This document shows positions 52,699 to 64,000 of a DNA stretch of 64,000 nt, piece after piece. A program made the translations under genes and the position numbers. This stretch comes from Octopus vulgaris (taxonomy: Eukaryota). The stretch's first letter is position 1. The number at the start of each line of letters is the position of its first letter. Under the pieces are notes generated by a model, which was not told the origin of the DNA, ran no database searches, and saw only the letters and a program-made list of their open reading frames with translations. The stretch lies in contig OX597818.1 in NCBI GenBank assembly GCA_951406725.2, positions 115,816,001 through 115,880,000 on the forward strand. The letters run 5' to 3'.

Positions 52699-53759
52699 AT
52701 CTCTCTCTCTTTCCTTATCTCTCTCCCCCTCTCTTTATATATCTCTCTCTCATTTATTCTTTGTTTCTTCTCTCTCTCTCTTTTTATCTCTCTCTCTCTC
52801 TCTCTCTCTGTTATTTCTCATCTTTATCTCTCTCCTCTAATCTCCCTCATTTCCCATCTCTGTCTCTCTCTTCCCTTCTCTCCCTCCTCTTTCTCTCATT
52901 CTTCCCCCTCTCACTCTCTCTCTCTCTCTCTCACTCAAAAGCTTTCGTCTATATCTTTTTTGCTAACTCGCCCTTAGTCGAGCAAACCTACGGAAAGAAG
53001 TGACCAAGCCGTGACCATCCCCTCTTATTCTTAGGAACAGTCCACTCAAGACCACACTATCCACTACATACTTTATTAAGATGTCGAAGTGTGATCTAAA
53101 GTTGATTTGGCTGTTGTTTCTAGCATAGCTTCCCTCTCTACCGAAAGTATACGTTTCACAAACTCACCACATTTTCAGTTCATTTATTCTTTTATTCTTT
53201 CATTCTTCCATTCTTTCATTCTTTTATTCCTTTATTCTTTTATTCTTTTACTTGCTTCTGTTATTAGACTGCGGTCGTGTTGAGGCACTGAATTTTTAAA
53301 TATTTCTGAATATAGATTCTTGAGGACAAGAGTCAGCTGAAATCATACGAAAGTACTTCATTTAGATTATAACGTTGACCTACAAGTTATGGATTAAAGG
53401 ATTAACTAATCACTCATTATCTACAACATATAAAAACACAAACATCGCCAAGTGAGGCTACGAAAGAGCCTCAACAACGACATACCAGAAATAGCAGCCA
53501 AATCCCTCTCAAATTGCTCCTTGTCGTCTTAAAGGAAGAAAGGATACATTGGATTGTCGTCCTAGGCACACCATCTCTGAATAAGAAAAGTGGATGGATG
53601 GATGGTCACGAGTGGAACGCTTTTGACGAGGTTAAACAGCAACATACGAACATATTAACAATTCTTTTTTAGAACTGTGGATCTCGAAGCACACATAGAG
53701 CTATAAATACTAATATGTAAATATTGAGTTGAAAAGCCCTTTTGAATACAAGAAGTCGA

Positions 53760-53828
53760 AGGCTGTTCATGGGACTCGAACCCACGTCTCCTATAGATAT
53801 GACAAACGCTCTACCACTGGTATACTCT
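53760..53828 (-). pseudogene. tRNA-like remnant or SINE head
   Basis: Reverse strand ccagtggtagagcg..gtgggttcgagtcccat: T-arm intact, other arms degenerate. Confidence 0.5.
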
Positions 53829-54133
53829 CGTGTCTACAGATTTATGTTCAGGCTCCACGGCCACCTTCGACACTTTCTATCCATATGAGCTTTACAACCA
53901 ATTTTTATATGCTATCATTTATAGCATTATGTGTGATTCGAGATCCACTGTTCTAGAAAAAAAAATTATTTCACGTTTTCTCGGAATTTATCAATTATTC
54001 TTATGATGTCAACAACATCCATATTAATCATTTTCATTAAACCTATTCTATATGCTCAAAATAATTATATTCTAAATTTTACACAATCGCACACGCAAAC
54101 ACACATACACACACATACACTCACATACATACA

Positions 54134-54188
<55 letters not shown>

Positions 54189-54544
54189 ACACTCGTATGC
54201 ATACATTTCCTCTTCTGTTTTTTACTATTTAAATTCTTCCTCTGAGGAAAGGAACTGGTTTTTAACAAATATACAAAGTTCCATCGTTGGAATATTGATA
54301 AGAAGAACAATGTCATATTTTAAACTTGAGAAAAGTCTTGCATATTTTTACTGTTCCACTTATAAATTGTGCTTGTAATGTGCGAGTTTGGTAGTTGATT
54401 TCTATTTGTATGCATGTATGTATGTATGCATGTATGTATGTATGTATGTATGTATGTATGTATGTATGGATGGATGGATGGATGGATGGATGGATGGATG
54501 GATGGATGGATGGATGCATGCATGTATGTATGTATGTATGTATG

Positions 54545-55110
54545 TCTTCATTCACTTATATTTCAAGATTTCTTGCCGACAGAGAAAATGCCGGTTTCGA
54601 ACCTCGATCCAAGGTTTCTTCATTGAAATTTCAACAGCATCAACAGGGTATTTTTTCATGTATGTATACATACAGATTTGTGTGTTTTGTTCCATATATG
54701 TCTTATCATGCATATACTACCATATCTATACATGTTCATATATGTTTAAATGATAAACTTCTGTGAAGTTTTACAGATTTTTACAGTTCCATTAATGGAC
54801 TGAATCTAGTCTTCGAATTAGCTTTCTCCTGTCTGATTTTGAGAAGCCTAATTTCTCAAGATTGGCATTTAAGCAGTGTGTTACATATCCCAGAGCTCCA
54901 ATAATTACAGGTATAAACCTGAACTTGTAATCTGGATAGAATGACTACAGATTTCTCAATACTTCAGCGTAGGTATCCTCTTTTTCACCGATCTTCAGCT
55001 TTATGTTAACATCTGCTGGGCAACTAATTTCCACAACTGTGCACAGTTTCTCTTCTGTCCCAAATCATTATATCAGCTCTGTTGTGCTTACATTTTACTG
55101 AGGTCTTTAC
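54545..55110 (-). mobile_element. 3' end of the (TACA)n-associated R4-like LINE
   Basis: Same RLE C-terminus and 3' module as the 24.0-kb copy, ending in a (TACA)n tract. Confidence 0.8.
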
Positions 55111-55720
55111 AGTATTCCTTTCTATTATATTCTGGGGGCTAGTGTGTGTACGTTTATGAATGTGTGTCTGTCTCTGTGTGCGCCTGCGTGCGTATCTGCC
55201 TCTGTGTGTGTGTGGCTCTGTATGTGTGTGTGTGTGTGCATATGTGTGTGCAATATATACTACACATCACCACACAACACACCACCATACCACACAACAC
55301 CACATCACACCACCCCGCACACACTAGCGCTGACCACTTCCCAGCCCCCACACCATCATCCACATACCTACACATGCACACACGTCAAGGTCACCAGCCC
55401 CTATCCACACGCCCATACACGCTCTCACATACACACGCACGCGCACCTTCGTTTTGGGATCACCACTACTTTATTATTTCCCCTTCTTCCTAGCCTCCTG
55501 TCTGACCACCTCTGTCCGGCACTCGCCATGACTGATCGCTAGCCACTAAACCATTTTTTATTATTTTCTCTCTCTGCTTATTTCTGTGTTCCTTTCTGTT
55601 GAAGAGCGTAGGTTCGAAACGTAAAAAAACTTTCTCACTTTCCGTGCGTTAAACTAATGCGTCTGTTGGTTGTTTATTCACCCGCCTTCATCTTTTGCTT
55701 TGTTTTTTTTTTTGTAAAGT

Positions 55721-55888
<168 letters not shown>

Positions 55889-56500
55889 TATATACGTACA
55901 CATACATGACGTGTGTAAAGGTCGTTAAAACAATTTGAGATGGGACAACTCGGGACTTTATTGATTCAATGCACACACGCACACATTCACACACACACAC
56001 ACCATATATATAGGCTCAGGAGTGACTGTGCGGTATGTAGCTTGCTTCCCAACCACATGGTTCCGGGTTCAGTCCCACTGCGTAGCACCTTGGGCGAGTG
56101 TCTTCAACTGTAGCCTCAGGCCAACCAAAGCCTTGTGACTGAATTTGGTTGATGGAAACTGAAAGAAGCCCGTCGTGTATATATGTGCGTTTGTTTGTGT
56201 GTGTGTTTGTGTGTGTGTGTTTGTCCTCTTCACCATCGCTTGACAACCGATGCTGTGGAGTATACTCTCCGTAGCTTAGCGGTTCGACAAAAAGAGAACG
56301 ATAGAATAAGTACTAGTCTTACAGAGAATAAGTCCTGGGGTCAATTTCTTCGACTAAAGGTGGTGCTCCAGCATGGCCGCAGTCCAGTGACTGGAACAAA
56401 TAAAAGAAGAAAACAATATTCATATACACAAATACATGTGCATATGTATATACATGCAAACACACATGTGCATATATATATATATACATATATACAGTAG

Positions 56501-56562
<62 letters not shown>

Positions 56563-56574
56563 ATCTATATATAC

Positions 56575-56679
<105 letters not shown>

Positions 56680-56805
56680 TACACACATATACGTACACAT
56701 ACATGACGTGTGTAAAGGTCGTTAAAACAATTTGCTGATAAAGGGGATTGGTTTTTTCACTCGGCAAATACATGCAAAGCAATAATATATTGTGACTGCG
56801 CGTGT

Positions 56806-56837
<32 letters not shown>

Positions 56838-57318
56838 AGTGAGAATTTACAAAAAAAAAAAAACAACAAAAGATGAAGATGGGTGTGTAAACAACAAACA
56901 GTTGTATTACTGGTAGTGGTGGCGGTGGTGGTAATGGTTATAGTGCATGTAAGCATATGGACTTTTAACCATTTATTCGCTTGTCTTCCAGATTAGGCCA
57001 GAGATTAACGAAGCCATTTAAACCTGAAAGACCGTTTGACTCACAGAATAGCCGGTAACAATATATTTGGTAATTAATCAGTCAGTGATCGATAATCTGC
57101 CTGGAAGATTGCATTGTTGTTTGAATGTCGGCTGGATATGAATCACTGAGTGTAGATTAGCAAAGAACGATATATAACAAGATCGCTTCCAAATGACTAA
57201 GTATTATAAGCTTTGAGAATTTATTAAATTATACGATCTCACTTAGGAAATTTAGGAAGGTTCTTACGTCGAATGGCGTCGAAAACTTTCCAGCAAAGCA
57301 CTTCATGGAATAAAACAA

Positions 57319-57711
<393 letters not shown>

Positions 57712-58087
57712 CGCTTAATAATCTGAATGGAGGCAATGCAAGTGGCGGAGACTAGAGGAACAGAATTAATAACCATAATAATAATTATGTTCCTCTAGTT
57801 TCCGCTTCAATTGCCTCCATTCAGATTATTATGCGGAATATAGCTCTCTTGGAGCACTACAACTCCAAACTGTAATTTACTTGCGAATTTTGTTACTCAA
57901 AATAAAGCAGTGTATTATTATATATATAATATATAAATACTGAATAAGGGTAGAAATTGATATTAATCAATTAAAATTGATATTAATCAATTGTGTACCG
58001 TTGGCGATTTTTTTTTCCCTCCGTCTTCCCTTCCTTGGATCTTTCCTTGTTCCACATCCCCGCGTTGTTGTGTTTTCATGTTTGGAT

Positions 58088-58136
<49 letters not shown>

Positions 58137-58140
<4 letters not shown>

Positions 58141-58555
58141 CATAAGGGACGTTAGCCATCCGAATGTGGCTAGGGACAGGGCAGGGCGGTGGGGGTGTTA
58201 CTGATGCATTTAGCCCCAGGCGATCATCAACGTCACCAGAAGGGCTGACGCCATCACGGCGTCCTCTAGCCTGCAAAGGGAGATCATTCCCCGAAGAAGC
58301 GGATGCCACATGCGGACCCAGGTTTCAAGGTGTTTGCCTATTGTCAACGTATGGCAGACACCGCCCCTCGACGAACGACTCTCTGTGCAGGCTATCTATA
58401 TAAAGATTTTCACAGTAAATACATTTACTGATGTAGAAAATCTGTTCGACAGCAATAATAATTCTCTAAACGAGGTATAGACAGTAACTGCTCCATAACA
58501 TAAGGGACGTTAGCCATCTGAATGTGGCTAGGGACAGGGCAGGGTGGTGGGGGTG

Positions 58556-58558
<3 letters not shown>
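58137..58558 (-). mobile_element. 358-nt unit with 64-bp terminal direct repeats in (TA)n and a degenerate hammerhead
   Basis: 58137-58200 is nearly identical to 58495-58558. The - strand has GGTGTCTGCC..GGCAAACACC tt GAAAC ctgg GTC, but the CUGANGA box is decayed. Confidence 0.7.
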
Positions 58559-58624
<66 letters not shown>

Positions 58625-58632
58625 TATACACG

Positions 58633-58868
58633 CAGGGTGTTCAAAAAGTTTCTCCGCAGTATTTTATTGCAAAATAAATATTTATAAGATGGTCTAAGAC
58701 GACAAAAGAATATATTAGACGTTACAAGACTTTAAAAAACTTTATAAGAAGTGTTGAAAGTGTCAGCCTTCATTTTCAATACGCAAGTTGACTCTCCTAC
58801 ACTTGTTTTGAAATACATCCTGGGGAGTCGGAATAAAAAAAATTCACTGCGGTGAGACTTTTTGAATT
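58633..58868. mobile_element. Tc1/mariner-type MITE, decayed
   Basis: Imperfect TIRs ttcaaaaagtttctccgcagt / actgcggtgagactttttgaa. Confidence 0.5.
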
Positions 58869-59635
58869 ATGCGTATAATTATAATCAGCAAAGAAATTTG
58901 CTTCACCACATACCGAAATTTAGAAATAGCAGCCAAAACTAGCTATTTCTCTAAATTTCACTATGTGCTGAAGCAAATTTCTTTGCTGAACCCTAATTAT
59001 AATTATACTCCTAATTATAAGAAAGTATATATATATATATATACTTATAATTTACTCATAATTATAAGAATTTTTGTTTAAGTTTTATAGATAATGGTTA
59101 TTTTAACATACCAAACTACTTGGTAAAATTATTAATTATTAATAGCACTTTGGACAAAAATCTACAATAGTCCCCTCTTTTCTCCGCCAGTTTTCTAGCA
59201 GTCCACGAAAGATGAATTTAACTGCCTACAGAATGGATAACAGAACGATAACTAATCATTGTATAACAACAACTCGAAGAAGTTATATTTTACATTATAA
59301 CGATATAAAATAAAGGACCATTTCAACAACAACAACTAATATTTTTCTCATTTATTTTGCTACACATAAGTTGCAACATATAAGGTCTTTAAATATAAAA
59401 TATGGCTGTTGACATGTGTGTCGTTAGATTCGTTTATCAATATCGAGGATTAATATCACACCAAAGTATGCTCCGTATAACTTTCTTTTTAGTACTGTGA
59501 TACACATAAGTTGTAAATAGTGTTGGCAATTTCATGTAAAGTTTCAGTTTTTCTCCATCGTTCAGTCTCTGCCTTTTTACATATCTGAACCTATGCTTAG
59601 CCTTTTAAAATTAACTTTTACACATCTCCAATTTT

Positions 59636-60256
59636 TATTATTTCTAAATCTCACAACGTGAGATATTCAGCAACAATACTTTGTAGTAAAGATTATTTGC
59701 CAACATAACATGGCAGTCCTGGTTTAGGACTAATGCTACTGTAATTTTAGCCCCAGGAGACATCATATCCAGCTGGCTATACGACACGATCTGTGTCCTT
59801 ATATTTTCGAACAATGGAATCTAGCACCTCACACTCGGCTCAAAATAATATCTGTGTATCGCGATTTCCAGCTTATTTCCCTTCATCAGCACAGAATAAT
59901 TGCTCGGCTAGAGGTGGCGCTGTCAAATTCCCGTTCGAAATATATAGTTTTCAAAGTGACAACTAATCACTGATTTATAAATTAGAAAATTACTATTTTT
60001 AAATCTCACAACGTGAGATATTCAGCAACAGTACTTTGGAGTAAAGATTGATGGAGGGAAATAACGCTGGAATTGCGATACACAGATATTGTTTTGAGCT
60101 GAGTTGGGGTGCTAGATTCCCTTGTTCGAAAATATAACGACACAGATCGTGTCGTATAGCCAGCTGGAGACGATGTCTCCTGGGGCTAAAATTGCAGTAA
60201 CATTAGTCCTAAACAAGGACTGCCATGTTATGTTGGCAAATAATCTTTATCTCCAA
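59636..60256 (-). mobile_element. 355-nt unit with partial tandem repeat plus inverted arm; hammerhead at 59852-59894 (-)
   Basis: Direct repeat 59646-59694 / 60001-60049. Inverted arms ~59681-59888 / 60049-60256. ctgtg CTGATGA..GAAA tcgcg ATA cacag. Confidence 0.8.
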
Positions 60257-61526
60257 CTTTTATTAAAAACATTTATTGCAGAATTATGTGACGCACGACA
60301 ACTGCCTTGTTAACGAATTAGATCCATTGTGATTCTCACTTTTTAAAAATTCTGTGTTTTACCAAGGAATCAGTGAAATAATATGGGCAGTTGATCCGGA
60401 TGCAAGATTCTTAGGGATGTAAAATCTACGGTGTTATTTCATGGCTGTAAGGGTGACAGCTTCTTAATGATATCCACTAAGTGTTCATTGATGATAAACC
60501 CTACATCAATATTGTAGAGTTTATTAAATACTAACGTAACGGAAAGAGTAAGTTACTAAGTTCATAATAATAAATTAGTAACCTGAGGAAAATTTAATAA
60601 CTCTAGAGTTTGCTTTTGGTAGAGTCGAGTCGATTATACTATACTTTATCGGCCATTTTATTTTTATCGTCCCAGGAAGGATCAAAAGTGAAGTTGATCG
60701 CTGTGACTAGAAACTGAACTGAGATCACGTATGTTTCTCTATGGCTCACTAAAATTTTTCTAAATCTTGATTTTGATCGTCAGAGCCAGCACGTGTCAGG
60801 ACACGGTGACTCGCTGGATTATCATCGAGATCTGTTGGTATTAACGACCGTAATCACTACGATAAGAAGTACTTATATAATAAACAGAACTGTAAGATGT
60901 ATACGTGTGTATACGTGTGTGTTTGTGTGCGTATGTATTTTTATATGTGTGTATGCGTTTGTTTTGTGTGTGTGTGTGCTGTTTACTGAATGATAAATAA
61001 TCCCTTTATTAATTGTCAAAATATAGGTGTTTCTGCGTAAAAACACATTTACAAACACGTGGAGCCGTACGAGGTTGTTTATTGAGACGAGAGTTTATGC
61101 AGAAACGGAGAGCCTCGTATACAGGCTCAGCGGCATAGCCTGTACGTGTGTGTGTGTGTATTCGTGCGCATGTATGTATGTAATTATGTACGTATGTATG
61201 CATGTATGTATGTATGTATGTATGTATGTATGTATGTATGTATGTATGTATGTATGTATGTGTGTGTATGTATGTGTGTATGTATGTATGTATGTATGTA
61301 TGTATGTATGTATGTATGTATGTATGTATGTATGTATGTATGTGTGTATGTGTGTGTATGTATGCATGTATGCATGTGTGTATGTATGCATGTGTGTATG
61401 TATGTGAGTATATACGTATGTGTATGTATGCATGTATGTATGTGTACATATGTATGTAATGTGTATGTATGTATGTATGTATGTATGTATGTGTGTATGT
61501 ATGTATGTATGTATGTATGTAATGTA

Positions 61527-61985
61527 TGTCATTGTTCAGTTTTATTTCAAGAGTTCTTGCCAAAAGAGAAAGAACCGCTTTCTAACCTAGATTCAAGACT
61601 CCATCATTGGAATTTCATCATTAACAACAGGGTATTTTTGTATGTATGTATGTACGTATGTATGTATGTATGTATGTATGTATGTATGTATGTATGTATG
61701 TATGTATGTATGTATGTATGTATGTATGTATGTATGTATGTATGTATGTATTATGTATATATATATGTATGTATGTATGTATTTATGTATGCATGTATGT
61801 ATTCTCATGCGTATTGTTGCACATCTAGACATGCTCATATATATTTAAATGATAAACTTCTGGAAAGTTTTACAGATTTTTACAGTTCTAGTGATGGATT
61901 GGATCTGTCGTCTTTGAATTAGCTTTCTCCTTTCTGGTTTTGAGAAACCTAATTTCTCAAGATTGGTATTTAAGCAGCATGTTAC

Positions 61986-61988
<3 letters not shown>
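61527..61988 (-). mobile_element. 3' end of the (TACA)n-associated R4-like LINE
   Basis: CLNTNLEKLGFSKPERRKLIQ..TVKICKTFQKFII*, then an internal (TACA)n and the terminal module. Confidence 0.8.
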
Positions 61989-62016
<28 letters not shown>

Positions 62017-62750
62017 TGTATGTATGTATGTATGTATGTATGTATGCATGTATGTATGTATGTATGTATGTATGTATGCATGCATGCATGTATGTATGTA
62101 TGTATGTATGCATGTATGCATGTATGCATGTATGTATGTATGTATGTATGTATGCATGTATGCATGTATGTATGTATGTATGTATGTATGTATGTATGGA
62201 TGGATGGATGGATGGATGGATGGATGGATGTATGCATGTATGTATGTATGTATGTATGTATGTATGTATGTATGCATGTATGCATGTATGTATGTATGTA
62301 TGTATGTATGTATGTATGCATGCATGTATGTATGTATGTATGTATGTATGTATGGATGGATGGATGGATGGATGGATGGATGGATGGATTTGTCTTTGTG
62401 TTGGTGCTTGTTCTCACTGCTTGACATCGGTTTATTTCCATTTCTGAACTTAGCGGTTCAGCAAAAACACAAAAATAGGATAAATATCAGACATATAACA
62501 TATAATAGATCGATTTGATCCGCTGAACCCTTTCAGGTAATGCGCTATCATGGTGGTGTTTCGAAGACCGAAATCAGTAAAAAAAAAAATTATTCCCAGG
62601 CATGGCTGCGTGGTAGGAAGTTTGCTTTTTAGCCATATTGTTTCAGGTTCACCACATAGCACTTTGGGCAAGTATCTTCTGCTGTAGCCCCTGGCTGACC
62701 AAAAGCCTTTTGAGTGGATTTGGTACACGGAAACTGAAAGAAGCCCGTCG

Positions 62751-63097
62751 TAACTGCTAATAAGCCAGACCTTTTAATTTGTTGCTTGCATACGTTTTCA
62801 ACGGTTTTTCTTATTAGAATGAAAGAAGTAGTTGAGTTTAACCCTAGGCGTTAAGAGCCGCTGATGGAGATTAAGATGGCCTTCATCAAAATCCGAAATC
62901 GCGATCCGGCTATGTGCGCTGGGGACTTACCTCCCTTTGTCAGTCATTACGACAGTGATTTTGTGGCTTTCGAGTTATTTTAATTCTTATCTTAAGCAAA
63001 GACGGCGTTAATCAGTACCCTCTGTCAGTTTTGTGTCCCCTATTGATTTTTGCCTTTAGGTTCTAATTGCTAATAAGCTACCCTTTTTAATTTGTTT
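62751..63097 (+). mobile_element. 313-nt unit with ~33-bp terminal direct repeats inserted in the internal microsatellite of a SINE B; hammerhead at 62856-62911
   Basis: taactgctaataagc..ttttaatttgtt at 62751 and 63064. agccg CTGATGG agatt..aatcc GAAA tcgcg ATC cggct. Confidence 0.75.
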
Positions 63098-63499
63098 TAC
63101 ACACACACACTCGAAAACACACATGTATATGTATGTATATGTATATGTCTTGAATTTGTGTTAGTGTCTGTCTCCCCACCGGAGTTGGCTTGTTTACGTC
63201 CTTTTAACTAAACAGTCTGGGTAAAAAAAAGACCTATAAAATAAGTACCAGATTCTAAACAGCAAGTACTTGCTTCCATTCGTTCGACTAAACCCTTCGA
63301 AGCGGTGCTCTAGCATGGCCGTAGTCCAATGACAGAAACAAATAAAAATGGTTTGATAGTGTCTACCAACACATCTGTTTTCGAATTCTCCCATGTAGAT
63401 ACTCTTTAACTTGTTTCAGCCATGGGGCTGCGATCAGCTTGTAGGACCACCGTGGTCCTTCTCATTTCCTCTGTCTAGGGTGTTTCACATCACCACTCC

Positions 63500-63785
63500 T
63501 GTTGGCCCATTTGGTGTATAAGCGAATTTGATTCCGCTGTCCTCGTCTGCACCTAATGTCTGGTTGTTGGTTCATCCGCTATTGTGGAGAGGAAGATGTC
63601 TAGTTCATTTATGAAGACATCTATTTCCTCCTTATGGAGATTTCTTCATTTTTGTGGCAGGTCACTGAAGAGCTGTGGGCCTTTGGACCCTAGACTATTG
63701 CTGTACCTGGTCCTGAATTTAGATTGAGTGGATGGTACCTTTGGTACAATCCAATGGTAGCCAGTCCTGGCACATATATCAATAT
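63500..63785 (-). mobile_element. Decayed CR1-like LINE 3' fragment
   Basis: Reverse strand, frameshifted: NSLGSKGPQLFSDLP..DVFINELDIFLSTIADEP..AESNSLIHQ. Confidence 0.5.
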
Positions 63786-64000
63786 TGCTCAAATGATTTT
63801 AGCATCAATTTTAAAATCCAGCCAAAACTCCCTCCCCCACCGTGTTATCCGCCCACTACAAAAATTGAACTCAAGACACATAACAACATTCTTTTCTTTT
63901 CTACTCTAGGCACAAAGCCCGAAATTGTGGGGGAAGGTTCCAGTCGATTAGATCGACCCCAGTATGCAACTGGTACTTAATTTATCGACCCAGAAAGGAT

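Noticed and set aside
61062-61128. Hairpin enclosing GACGAG..GAAAC
   Set aside because: Core and stems II/III are too degenerate to call.

Overview
Eukaryotic, AT-rich, microsatellite-saturated DNA with no convincing host protein-coding gene. The SINE families and repeat content suggest a cephalopod (Octopus-like) genome; this is an inference. Almost all short ORFs in the track are translations of (TA)n, (TACA)n, (CA)n or trinucleotide repeats. The real content is transposable elements: (i) a young 7.8-kb Penelope-like retroelement (PLE) insertion with an intact 1309-aa RT + C-terminal GIY-YIG ORF, a partial tandem copy and an inverted copy, with both ends in (TA)n; (ii) a near full-length but disrupted R4/Dong-type LINE ending in (TAA)n, plus many 3' ends of a (TACA)n-associated R4-like family; (iii) a dead Tc1 transposon; (iv) RTE, Tx1-like, CR1-like and Neptune-like fragments, hAT and mariner MITEs, and two abundant tRNA-derived SINE families. 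The most interesting signal is a set of minimal hammerhead-ribozyme (HHR) motifs with palindromic stem III. They occur in the PLE pseudo-LTRs and in several small non-coding elements (43.5, 58.1, 59.6 and 62.8 kb; 313-358-nt units where a terminal repeat defines one). These small elements reproduce the PLE partial-tandem/inverted architecture in miniature and mostly sit in (TA)n, so they are candidate retrozyme-like parasites of PLE machinery. All folds and alignments were read by eye and need computational and experimental confirmation.
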